This document shows, one piece after another, positions 12,932 to 25,800 of a stretch of 64,000 bases of DNA. The DNA comes from Neocallimastix sp. 'constans' (taxonomy: Eukaryota), in contig JBODTK010000014.1 of assembly GCA_050613775.1 (NCBI GenBank), positions 682,001 through 746,000 of the forward strand, in the 5' to 3' direction. A model generated the notes under the pieces. It saw only the letters and a program-made list of their open reading frames with translations. It was not told the origin of the DNA and did no database searches. The first letter of the stretch is position 1, and each line of letters opens with the position of its first letter. A program made the position numbers and the translations under genes.

Positions 12932-14378
12932 ACAATGAAAAGAAGAAAAAATGTAAAAATTATATCAAAAGGAACTCAACGATTAGTATTTATGCCTTAT
13001 CTCATGATCTTCAAGTATTTCCAATTGCTGGCTTTTGTGCTTCTTTTTAAATAAAATGATTTTTGTAAATGGAGAAATTCTAAATGTATTATTAAAGATC
13101 TCATAAACCTTATCCCTTCTAGGCCACGTTATTCTTGGTCGAAAAAATCACAGGTGCTCTTCAAGAAAATAAAGAAAAAGAACATCACTAAATTCAAAGA
13201 TGTTATTGAATCATATTGGTCTGATGTTGGTAAATTCCAAGGAATTAAAGGTATGAATTATGATAACTTCAAATTTATAAATACTAGAAATTTATTCAAG
13301 CTCAGCCTTGAATACCCTCATTTAAGTTTAGGTTTTAACTGCATCTTAAAATTAAGAGCTGGTTACAAAATACAAAATATAATACAACTATTGCAATTAG
13401 AAGTGGTAGAGTTTCTGACGACTGTCCTAAATTCTGCCCTTGTTGTGGAAAAGGTGAACAATCATTTTATCCATTGGATATTTGAATGCTCTATCTTTTC
13501 TTTATGTCGATGTAAATCTTTAGATTTTATCGATGATTTATTCATTATATTTGCCAATAAAGTAAGGAATCTTTCCTTACTTCCTTCTTATTCTAATATT
13601 TTAGAATATGAAAATTTCATAAACAGGTATATTTATACATTCCTTCTTGGGGGAATTTCAGCTTTAGATGAGCTACAATTCGATACTGGGGAACAGAGAC
13701 ATTTAAGTGAACAACTCCTAAAAAGTTCACAGGGGTCTACTGTTCCGTATATTGTGGGGCTTCCGGAATATCTTGCTAATACAATACCAATCATCAGTAG
13801 CTCTCTTGAGTTACTTTTTGAGAGGTTTAGCAAAAACAACATTCATTACCAAGAGTGCCGACGTCGTACCGATATGGCAAAGGAATAAATGCAGTTGGAA
13901 GTCCTGTTAATTCTCATCAATACACATTAACTAACAGCACAGTTCCGAACATAGAACCTATAGTAAGTAATTCAATTTCTGATGTTCTTTCTTGTGGTTC
14001 AAGGGAGAATTTAGTGGATACCACACTATCTATTTTAAAGATGTTACTTCTTTGTTTTATTATGTTAGATTAAACTGGTGATCATGCTACTACTCGTAGT
14101 ATACATCACTCCGAATTTTATTTAACTCTTGAACTTATTTTTATTCTTTAATACATTAAATTTTCTTTGATTAATTAAAATTTGTTATTTCTTATCTTTT
14201 TATCATTTTTTATTTTACTTAATCTTTTATATATATTTTATTTTTTTTTATCTTTTAATTATATAATGTATTTTTTTTATAATTAAATGTAATACATAAA
14301 AATATTTCAATTTATTTAATAAAGCACTGGAAGTGTATTCTCTTCTTAGTCTAAAAAAAAAAAAAAAAAAAAAAAAAA
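12434..14378 (+). mobile_element. Degenerate LINE 3' portion (element B): post-RT region, Cys/His knuckle, FLLGG motif, 3'UTR, poly(A)
   Basis: Fragments ISIYALSHDLQ, KWRNSKC, CPCCG..HWIFEC and FLLGG are homologous to the full-length element. AATAAA precedes TAGTCT-A26 (14353-14378). Interrupted by element A. Confidence 0.85.
12459..12926 (+). mobile_element. 5'-truncated LINE insertion (element A): ORF C-terminus, 3'UTR and poly(A)
   Basis: Closely similar to 36056-36514. A26 tail at 12901-12926. Candidate TSD TCTTAACA(T/A)TG at 12451-12461 and 12927-12937. Confidence 0.85.
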
Positions 14379-15874
14379 TTTACACGTTTCTTTTCAAATA
14401 AACTTATTCCTATGTCAAAGGCGTAAAAATGATAATAAAGAAACTTACCTTGCTTTTCTAGATTTGAAAAAGGCATATGATTCTGTTCCAATAAGGTAAT
14501 ATTTTATATAAATTAGATGCTTTTAGTATTAGAGGTAAATGTTATCAATTTTTAAAAAAAAATCTATATTTGACTACCAAAGCCAGTGTTAAAATTGATG
14601 ATCAATATTTGGAATCTTTTAATATTATGAAAGGAGTTTGACAAGGCTGTCCACTATCACCAATTCTTTTCAATCTATTTATTAATGACATTTTTAATGA
14701 TTTTTCAGAACTTGGAATTCCTTTAGGCAAATCTAGATGTTGTGGTGGACTCTTTGCAGATGATATTGTTCTATGCGCACCGTCAAGAACTAAGTTAAAA
14801 AAAAAAAATGCTTAAGAAGGTAAATGAATGGGCTAAATTTAATATGATGAATTTTGGAATTAACAAGTGTGCAACGATGGTGATTCGACCAGACATACCT
14901 CTTTTTCAATATAAAAAAGATCCTACTGTTTATCTTGCTGGTCAACCAATCCCAATAACTAAATTTTATACCTATTTAGGCATACCATTTGATAAAAGCT
15001 TATCGTTGAACCCTATTATTAAATTACTTAACTCTAAAGTTACTAAAGCTCTCTTTTCTGTTAGTAAATTTTCTTTCAAATTCCAAAATTCCTTTTTCCA
15101 TTTAAGAAGATTATAATTAACTCTTATGTACTTAGTAAAGTCTCTTACTTTGCACCTTTTCTACTTGGTTCAAATAAAGCGAGAACAAATAATACTCAGA
15201 AATTAATTAATAAAGGAATCAAGATGGGTTGCAGGTTTACAAAAAGCCAAATCTTTTATTAATGTATATTCTATTTCAAAAGATTTAAATATTCCTCCAT
15301 TGTCAGCTAAGTGTGCTTTGTCTCAAGTCAAATGTTTTGATAAATGGAAAGATTCAAATTGTATTATTTCCTATTTAATTAATAATATTTCAAAATATAG
15401 AAAATATACATGGACCAAAGAAAGTAGAACTCTTAAAACGTAAACTGGAGAAAAGAGATAATAATGATAATAAAATCAAGAATTTTTATTGGAAAGGGGA
15501 TATGAAAATCAATTCTATTAAAGCTGAATTTTATGATAAAAACAGATTCGAAGAAACATCAAATTTTATAAAACTTTGTTATTAATATCCTGATCTTTCA
15601 TATGATTTCTATTGGCTATTGAGAGCACGAAAGCGGATATAGATTAGATGCTAGAATTGCTAAAGCTGCAAAAATAATAGATCAAATATGTCCTAATTTT
15701 TGTCCCTGTTGTAAAAGTAATAAACAACGGATAAGGCATTGGTTAATTGATTGTCCATTTTTTCAATCATATTCGTAGTAAAGTTAGTGATAAAATTTTA
15801 TTTTTATATAATGCTTTTTAACCGTGACAACCTAACAAATGATATTGTTAATAGTAATTATGATTACAACAACA

Positions 15875-15910
<36 letters not shown>

Positions 15911-16747
15911 GTAATAATAGTAATAGTAATAATAGAAATAGTAATAATAGTAATAGTAATAATAGAAATAGTAATAATAGTAATAGTAATAATAGAAATA
16001 GTAATAATAGTAATAGTAATAATAGAAATAGTAATAATAGTAATAGTAATAATAGAAATAGTAATAATAGTAATAGTAATAATAGAAATAGTAATAATAG
16101 TAATAGTAATATTAGTTTTAGTAATATTAGTAATAGTATTATTAGTAATGTTAGTAATAGTATTGAAAATAATGTGTATGTTGATTCTAATGTGTGTGAA
16201 AAAGTGTTTAATTTCCTTCTTGGAGGTCGAAGTATTAATAACAGTACAAGGGAATGGAAGGATCTATTTAAGTGCCAGATGAAATCAGGTGCTTATTCTG
16301 ATACTCCGTTCTTAGTGGTTACTGCGGCACTTCTCTAATCGATTATACCTATTGCTATTGGCCAGCAATGGTCTTTATTCAATAGGTTCAAATCGAATCG
16401 TACTACTACCACCAAGAGCGTCAATGCTGAAGAAACAGTAAGACAGGCCAGCAGGGCTAGCGCAACCAATGAAGATCATAATTTCGTATCTTAAAATTAT
16501 GATTAACATTGTGAAGTCAAAAAATAATTATTATACTACAGTATAATAATGCCCTTGTGAAGTCTTACAGATATTAATTAAATGAAACTAGAATACATTT
16601 TACCATTATTTTATTTTATTTTGTGTTTTATTTTTGTATATTTTTTTATCTTTTTCGTTTTTTTTTTTTTATTTTATTACATGTATTTTATCAAATATTT
16701 AATTAATAAAGATGAAACAAGTTTGCTGCCGTTAAAAAAAAAAAAAA
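14379..16747 (+). mobile_element. Degenerate LINE (element C): RT core to 3' poly(A)
   Basis: LAFLDLKKAYDSVP, GV*QGCPLSPILFN, GGLFADDIVL, GINKCATM, YLGIPF, CPCC knuckle, FLLGG. AATAAA and A14 tail at 16734-16747. Many frameshifts and stops. Confidence 0.9.
15911..16110 (+). repeat. 30-bp Asn/Ser-coding minisatellite inside the LINE C ORF
   Basis: About 6 copies of AATAGAAATAGTAATAATAGTAATAGTAAT, in frame (NRNSNNSNSN). Confidence 0.9.
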
Positions 16748-17490
16748 TTATTAGAGTTATGGATTTAAATTTCGTAAATTCTTATGTGTTAGTCTCTATA
16801 AATATTACTCATGAAATCGAGAATACCTACTCTTTCAACTGTCTGTGCTATATCTCAATTACGTTGCTTTAGAAAATGGAAAAAAACTCATCATCATGTA
16901 TTATTAATCATCTCACTAATAATATTCCTACGATGTCACATTACTCATGGACTAAAGAATCAAGGACTTTGGATAAGAAATTAAATGGTTAAAAAAACAA
17001 GTGAAATAATAAAAAGTTTTATTGGGAAAGAGAGATGTCTTCAAACTCTCAAAAGCTAAAAAAAAAAAATGCAATTATTTACAAGGAGGAGAATGATTTT
17101 GGATTTATTTCGGAAATCAAAAAATTTAACATTTCAATATCCTAAGTATCAGTTGGGATTCTTTTTGGATTTCTCGAATTAGGTGTGGTTTTAAATTTGA
17201 CATTTAGTATTTTTCATTAAAAGAATAGTAGTCTCATCTCAGAAGATTGCCCTAAATGTTGGCCATGTTGTGGTGTTAGTGTACCTAGCTTTTCTCACTG
17301 GATCTTTGCCTATAAAGAATTAGGGGAACATTACAGAAATAAATTTCTACCTTTTTAGATGATCTCGTTTTTTTTGAAATTCGCAATGATAATTGAACAA
17401 AAAAAAATCCTTGGATGTTTCTTTAGGTTTAGAAAAGGATTATGATATTAATATTTAATATTTTATAATTGAGTGCTCTTCTTGGCAGGA
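16748..17490 (+). mobile_element. Degenerate LINE fragment (element D): post-RT region and knuckle, cut at the LLG motif
   Basis: NNIPTMSHYSWTKESR, RIRCGFKFD, CPKCWPCCG..FSHWIF and ALLGR match the C-terminal part of element F. Confidence 0.85.
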
Positions 17491-20169
17491 GTCCCAATGA
17501 TGAAACCTAAGCTATAGAGTTTCTGAGGGGATCAGCAAATTGTATAATAATAAAATTTTTTAATTATGTTTCAATTTACATACAATCTCAATCTTTTTAT
17601 ATAAATCATAGCTTTAGTTTTTAAAGCAATTATTCAATCAAAAGACTTTTTTACACTATACTACAAACAATATTGTTTTTGTTTTTTTCTCTTATATCTT
17701 TAAAATTTTTCTATACTATATATATATATACATTTATCATTATATATGTTATTTTATATCTCTATATAAATTTTTTACCTTAGATTGTTAATTTTTTTAT
17801 ATCCTTTTACAACATATTAACATATAAAAAAAAATTAAAATTTATTTTACATTATATTTATTAAATAAATAATTTTTCTATTAATATTGTTTTCTTAATA
17901 TATCTTAGGAAACTCAATTCATGAGAAACAATTAACTTTTATATTCAGTAAACTTAAATGTTAATATTTTATATATAATTCTTTGGTATGCAATCCTTAT
18001 ATCAATTTTCATTTGATAGAAATTTAAGTCAATTTTCTTTGGTATGAAATCCTTATATCAATTTTCATTTGATAGAAATTAAGTCAATTTTTTTCTCAAC
18101 AAACTCTAAACACGGATGCTTTTTTTTTGCTCAGTTAATACTACACCTTTCCATCATGGTTTCTACGACTTCGGGAATTATTATAACCTTATTTTTATCC
18201 ATGACCTTAATTCTTGGTCCCCTAGTAAACCAATGGTTCAAGTTATTAGTAAGATCCCTAACTACTGTGAAATTATTCCATACATAAAAAACTTTTTTTT
18301 CTCCAAGGTATAGCTCATACTTCATTGTTAGGGTTAATAAACACAAAAATGATCTCAACTTTTTCGATGTTTTAAATTTCATAGGAGAAAAAATTCCTGA
18401 AACAGCTAAAATTAACTGGTTCTTGTGTAATAAACTTAAACGAAAGAACAAGTCTATAAAAAATCTAATAACATTGATGTTGAACCTAACCCTATGGCAT
18501 AAGATTTTATTTTATCTCTTGCCATCTAAATTCAAAATTTTCTTTCTTTAATCTCTGTGAAAGTTGGAATATTAATGGTTGGAATATTGAAAAGCATGAT
18601 AGTATTTTATACCTCAACTCTATTTTTTTTTTTTAAACCTATATGTATCTGTTTTACATGAAACTGGAAAAAAGTAAAATATCTTCCAAAAGATGTTTTA
18701 TCACCACCATTAATTCCAAATTACAATTCAGTTTTTCTTAGAGCTAATCTTAAAACCCCCCGGTATGAGAGGATTCTTTTTTTGGTGTTTATTCTTCGTT
18801 TTCTTTCTTCCAAGAACCGTTTTCATACAAATATTATCATTTCAGTAAATATTACTTCTTTCTAGAATCAAAAATGTACTAATGGTAATATCTACTTCCT
18901 TCAAAGCAAAATGGAAGGAAGTAAAGACTAGTTACTTTTGATGAACTTTCTCAATGGTTACATTTTCACAATAGAAAAAATGTTCCTGCTGTCCTAGTTG
19001 GTGATTTTAACATGTCATTAAAGAAGGATCAAAACATACATTTCAAAATAATTTTCCTAATCGGTATATTGCTCCCTTATAGGGTAATCAATTTACTTAT
19101 GAAAAAGGTACTAGATCGTCTTGCATTGATCACGTCATCTATAATGAGGCTCTGGCAACTCATATTAATAAGACATCGGTTTGTACTTCATTTTATGGTA
19201 TCTCCGATCATAAACCTGTTTTACTTTCTTGCAACAAAGTTCTTTCCGATGGCTTTATAGGTCCTGCTAAATTTTCTAAATAGTCTACACATATTTGTAA
19301 AAAAAAAAAAAAAAAATTCAGATATTTTATCACATAATTATTTTTTCAATCTTAGTAAATGATTTCGATTCTCATTACAATGCACTTACGGCTGATGAAA
19401 TGGTAGAAAAATTTATCAATACAGCAAATAATATCAGGGAAAGATATTAAGGCTTTCATTCCAACAAATGTAAAAGGCTCGGCTTTTTATTGTCCCTATT
19501 ACATTAAAAAAAACTGTCTCATGAAAAGCATATTACATTTAAAAACATTTAAGCTTTTCTTTAATTGTGAAAATGTTGATAATTACCTTAAACAATTTAA
19601 TAAATATGAAAAAACTTTTGCAAATTGATCAAGAAAACAAAGAGTAAATTTCGTTCTGCTAGATATAAGGCTAATATAGTAAAAATCGGTAATTATTTTT
19701 TTGAATAAAGATTTCAAAAATGGTTGGAGGTGTTTAAAAAAAAAAAAAAATAAATAAATGGCTAAACCATCTTATTCATCCACCTCTCTTACTTGCTTTA
19801 AATATAAATTTGTTCAAGATATTATCTCTCCTACTAAGCAATTAGATAAATGGGCTGAATATTATAAAAATCTAGCTTCTGACCCTTCAGGTCACAGCCT
19901 TAATCGTAACTATTGGAATCATGCTCTACGAAATATTAGTCTTTTTAGATCCTCTGCTTGGAATATCAGCGGTTCCAATTACGATTGATGATATTAAAAA
20001 AAAAATACTATTTCATCAATGAAAAACAACAAAGTACCCGACCCTGATGATTATCCTGATTGAATTCTACAAAGCTCTATTTTGCAATGAAGAATTACTA
20101 GAAACCCATGCTTGCCGCTGGAAAGTGCCTTAAATTGATATTTAATAAAATCTAGAATGGGACCTTTCC

Positions 20170-20200
<31 letters not shown>

Positions 20201-20563
20201 AACTCAGCTTCTATTGTATCTATCCCTAAGAAAGATGACCTGCCAGATTGTAGTCACTATCGAGGTATTTCTCTCATTAATGTTTGGACTGAAGATCATT
20301 TCAAAAAATTATAACTGATAGAAATATCTACCTACGCACTTAACACACAATTTCATTAGACCTGAATAATTTGGTTTTCCCAATCGTGAAGAATGCATTT
20401 AGTTTATTCATTTCCGTTAGAGAAATTTGCCAAAGAAGAAAATTTCAAGGAAAATTCACATATCTAGCCTTTTTAAGATCTTAAAAAAAGCTTATGATTC
20501 AGTTCGTATATTTAACATCCTTACTAAATTGTATCATTAGGGAGTCCGTGGTAAATGTATTCC
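17491..20563 (+). mobile_element. Degenerate LINE 5' half (element E): 5' hairpin, 5'UTR, RRM-like N-terminus, APE, start of RT
   Basis: LIFIHDLNSW and YFIVRVN (homologous to 26703-26984); SWNINGWN, GNIY, LVGDFNM and SCIDH (APE); YRGISLIN and DLKKAYDSV (RT). Ends abruptly at the (TTA)n tract. Confidence 0.9.
17493..17529 (+). ncRNA. Kink-turn (box C/D-type) hairpin at the 5' terminus of LINE E
   Basis: CCC-AAU-GA-UG-AAAC-CUA-AGCUA-UAG-A-GUUU-CU-GA-GGG: C-stem, 3-nt bulge, tandem G.A/A.G, U.U, G-C. Contains AUGAUGA (box C) and CUGA (box D). Confidence 0.7.
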
Positions 20564-21085
<522 letters not shown>

Positions 21086-21799
21086 ATAAATCGTAAAAAA
21101 TCATTATTAATAAAAAAAAAGAATAAAATAAATTTATAAAATTATAGTTTATATATATAATAAAAATAAAATTAAAATTAAAATAAACAATAATTCTTAA
21201 TATAAAAGTTTTACATATTATATATTATATATATATATATATATTTTCATCATTTTATTTTTGTATTAATATTCCATAAAAAGTTTATTTGAATTAGAGA
21301 TATAATATATAATTATGAAATAATCAAATTTTTTTTTTTTTTTTTTTTATTAATATAAATAAATAAATTTTATTGGCTAATAATAAAATGTTATGAATAA
21401 TATGATCAGAAAAGAAAATAGTTCTAGAAAGTTAAATCATTCTAAAAGAATGTAGTACTATTTGGAATCAGATTCAAAAACTTTTCTATTATCCATAATC
21501 ATTGGTTCAGTTTCCTGTACACGTCCAGAAGCATGAACCTTAATAACATGTTCAATACCATTTTCACATAATAATTTAATTACAGTAAAATAAGTATCTA
21601 CTTATTTCTGTACTGCCTACTATCTATTCATTTATTGATAATATAAGCAATGATGAAATTCCTAAGAGTATTATTTAATATCTTTTTTTTTTTTTTTTTT
21701 TTTTTTTTAATAAGATTTTCATGAAAAATATAAACAGCACAAAAAAAGAAAATTCATTATCATTTTCCTCTTAAAAATTTATTACCTTCTACATGTATT

Positions 21800-21836
<37 letters not shown>

Positions 21837-22369
21837 AAAACCAAAGAAATAATTAAATATAATAAAGAAAGAACTAGTAAAAACAAATAAAATTTTTTTT
21901 ATTTTTAATTAAATAAATACTTTTTTTCATTAACATGAATGAAATTAAAATATAAAATTTTAATTATTATAGTAATTATGCATTAATAATTAATCTTATA
22001 TGTAAATAAATAAGTAGTAAGTAAGTAATAAATATTATATAGCAATGTGATTATTTCCATTATATACATTTTATTTTATCAATTTTTTCTAATTTTTAAA
22101 AGCTAAAACTATTTTTATAATTAGTTATAATTATTACATATTTATAATTAAAAAGATTAAAAATTTGAAAAGAATAGCTATAATAGTAGTAACTAGTAAA
22201 AATCTGTAAAGTATAATTAAAATATTAAATAATTTCTCTATCAAAAAAAAAAAAATAATCCTATTTATTACTATAATAAAAAGGATTTTTTAAGTGTTTC
22301 ATTTAAAACTTGTGATTATTAATTTAATATAAAATTTGCCATAACAGCATAATTAAGGTCTGACATCTT

Positions 22370-22759
22370 ACCAGAGATCCTTCATCATACATTTAGAATT
22401 TCTCCATTTAACAAGCCATTTGATTTGAAGTGAAGCATAAACTCAAGCAATAAGAAAAATTTTGGAGATCGCATGATAAGGCATAAGTACTAGAGTTAGT
22501 TAAGTTTCTTTCAATATAATATTTCTTATGAGATTCCTTTTCATTATTTTTAACTATGTCATTTTCTTTAATCCTTGAGGAAGGATCAATACCCCTTACT
22601 AAACTAGTAATAATAAAAAAAATTGAACTTTGTTTGTATTTAGTCATGTTTGAACCTAAAAGTAGAGCAAAATATATAGCTTTGCTAATAATATGTGATT
22701 GAATAATATATATCGCTTAAGGGGTAAAGAAATCAACCTATTGGATAAGAAAACTAGAG

Positions 22760-22762
<3 letters not shown>
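22370..22762 (-). mobile_element. Older host LINE (element G), downstream part
   Basis: FSSF/LSNRLISLPLKR, YFALLLGSN, STYALSCDLQ and KWRNSKC continue directly from the 27718-27960 piece once element F and one TSD copy are removed. Confidence 0.85.
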
Positions 22763-22798
<36 letters not shown>

Positions 22799-22896
22799 CT
22801 AGGAATAAACTTTATTTAATAATATTTTTTTTTTAAAAAAATACATGAAGTTTAAATACATGAATTTTTTTTTTTTTTTATATTAATATTAAAAAA

Positions 22897-25800
22897 CTAC
22901 GTTATGAGATTCGAGGACGAAATGGCCTCTAACTCTTCCCATTCATCGAAGATAACTCCATGTGGATGAAAATTATCATTCGAATCTGTATCAGAATTTC
23001 TTCTTTGCCTTATCGTTACGACGTCGACGCTCTTGACAACGGTAGGTCTAACACTATACAAATCGATCATGGTGTAAAAATCACCAATCACAATAGGCAT
23101 AACGTTAGTAAGGAATTCCGCAAGCCCCACAAAATATGAAATCGGGAAAGAAGACTCGTTCGAAGGTGATTGAAAAATATTATTAATAAATCGCCTTCTT
23201 TCCCCCGGAGCCGATCTTTAAGATTTCAAATACTGCATTTCCGCCAAGAAGGAGACACAGCACGTAAAAATTGATATTATCATCAAAATCTTCCTCTTTA
23301 TCATCAGGAATGTTCAATGATTTCTCATGAACAATTAGAGAAAAATTAATAAAAATTTCATCAACAAAGGGAATGAAATGTTGCCTAAATTCTTCAAATT
23401 TAGGACATAAAAGTATCCAGTGTGTAAAACTAGGTATGCTGTTACTCTCACCACAACAAGGGCAGTATGTTGGGCAATTTTCTGATACTAGATTACTTTT
23501 AACATACGTTTTTACATCAAATTTGAATCCACATTTAATTCGTCCAATCCAAAAAAAATTCAAGAGAAAATTGTGAATATTTAAGTGATAGATGTTGAAT
23601 AAATTTTTTAAAACCAAATTTAAATTTCTTGTATTTTGTAGATCTGATCGCAGGAGTGCTTGAATAATGAATATTTTCCAAGTAAAACTTCCTTATTTCT
23701 CCAGGAAGTTTATTATTGTGCTTGTGTACTGCTAAACTCCGTGCTTTTTTCGTCCATGAATAGTGAGAAAGTGTAGGTATATTTTTGACTAAATGAGAAA
23801 TAATACAAGAAGAATCTTTCCACTTTTTAAAGCATCGAATCATCGCCTTAGCACAAAAACTAGCTATAGGAGGTATAGAAAGTTCCTTAGACATATTGTA
23901 AATTGAAGTATTGGAGGTTTTATTTTTAAACCCAAAACTCCAATACAAACCTCGATTAAAAGCAGTTTGAGCTTTTTCAGTATTCTTTTTATTTGAACCA
24001 AGTAAGGGAGCATAATAAAGAACTGAACTAAGGACAAAAGAAACTAGTATACGAGTTTTAAAGTAGAAAGGAACATTCCTATTGGTTAAAAATCTAAAGA
24101 AAGAGTTAACTGTATAATTAATTTTACTATTCATCTTAGCAATAATAGGTTTTAAATCCAACGATTCATTAAAAGGTATACCAAGATATGTATATTGATT
24201 AGTGCTTGGTATATAGTTCATACCATGTCTAAATGTAGGATTTTCATAATGTCTTGAAGGTATAAAATTCTTTGGTTTAACAACTAGTGTAGCGCATTTA
24301 TTGATTCCAAAGGTCATTTCATTTTTAATACCCCAATCATGAGCAATATTCAAAAGGTTTTTAAGTGAAGATTTTGTAGGAGCTAATAATACAATATCAT
24401 CAGCAAATAATCCACCACAACACTTTTTCTTTTCAGTAATCACACCATAACTTTTACATTTATCAAAAATATCATTGACAAATATATTGAATAAAATAGG
24501 TGAGAGAGGACACCCCTGGCGAACACCACGGTGTATTGGAAATTCTTTTGAAAGTTTACCATTAAAGTTTGCACGAGCTTTCGAGGTAAGGTATAGATTA
24601 GTAATGAATTGAAGGCATTTACCACGAATACCAAGATTATTTAATTTAGTAAGTATATTGTAAATTGGAACTGAATCATAAGCTTTTTTAAGGTCAAGAA
24701 AGGCAAGAAAGGTAAATTTATCCTTAAATTTTCTTCTTTGCCAAATTTCACGAATGGATACAAATAAACTAATACATTCTTCTTTATTTCTAAAACCAAA
24801 CTGTTCTGGTCTAATTATTCCATTAGAAAAAGCATAGTCCGATATTCTTTTAGTGACAATTTTTGATAGAATTTTTAAACCTACATTGATGAGTGAAATA
24901 CCACGATAATTATTACAATCTGAAAGATCCCCTTTTTTAGGAATAGAAACAATAGAAACAGAGTTCCATTCATTAGGAAAGTCACCATCCCAAATTTTAT
25001 TAAAAAGTAATAACAGACACTTTGCACAATCGGAATAAGTAACCTCTTGATTAGAGTCATCCTGAGAAGAAGTTCTACTCTCAGAATTAAAAAATGCTTT
25101 AAAAAATTCTGTAGGTATACCATCAGGATCAGGTGCTTTGTTATTTTTCATTGAAAGAACAGTTGAATGAATTTCTGACATGGAAATAGGATGATTAATA
25201 TCCAATGATTCCTGAGGAGTAGAAGAATTATTAAGTATTCTTTTCCAATAATTTTCATTAAGACTGTGACCAGTTATATCAGAAGCAAGTTCTTCATAGT
25301 GTTCTGCAAAACGATTGAGTTGATCTTCTTGGGATACTAAAACATTACCTTCTTTATCTTTAATGTATACAGGTGATTGGGAAGGAGAGTAAGAAGGTTT
25401 AGAGATTTTCTCAAGTCCAGACCAACCACGCTGGGCATCATTTTTTAAGAAACATTCGCCGATGGAATGAATCAAATTTTTAAATCTAATATTCCTAATA
25501 TTTCTTTTAATACTAATGATATAATCAGAAAGAACTCTATATTCTTTTGAAAGATCACAAAATTCTTGAAGATTAGACAAATCATTACGAAGTTTAAAAT
25601 TTTTAATCCTTTTATAAAATAAATGTTTTTCATGTGATAATTTCTTAATATAAGTAGGACAATGGAACGCTGAACCCTGTAAATTTGTAGGAACTCTTGC
25701 ATGAATGTCATCGCCTATTTTATTTGCTGTGTCAAGAAGTTTTTTAACCATTGTATTAGAGTCTAGATTATCATTATGTTCAAATTCATCCAGTAAACAT

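Noticed and set aside
21430..21620. Coding-like - strand remnant (KLLCENGIEHVIKVHASGRVQE) faintly resembling an integrase core
   Set aside because: Too short and degenerate to assign.
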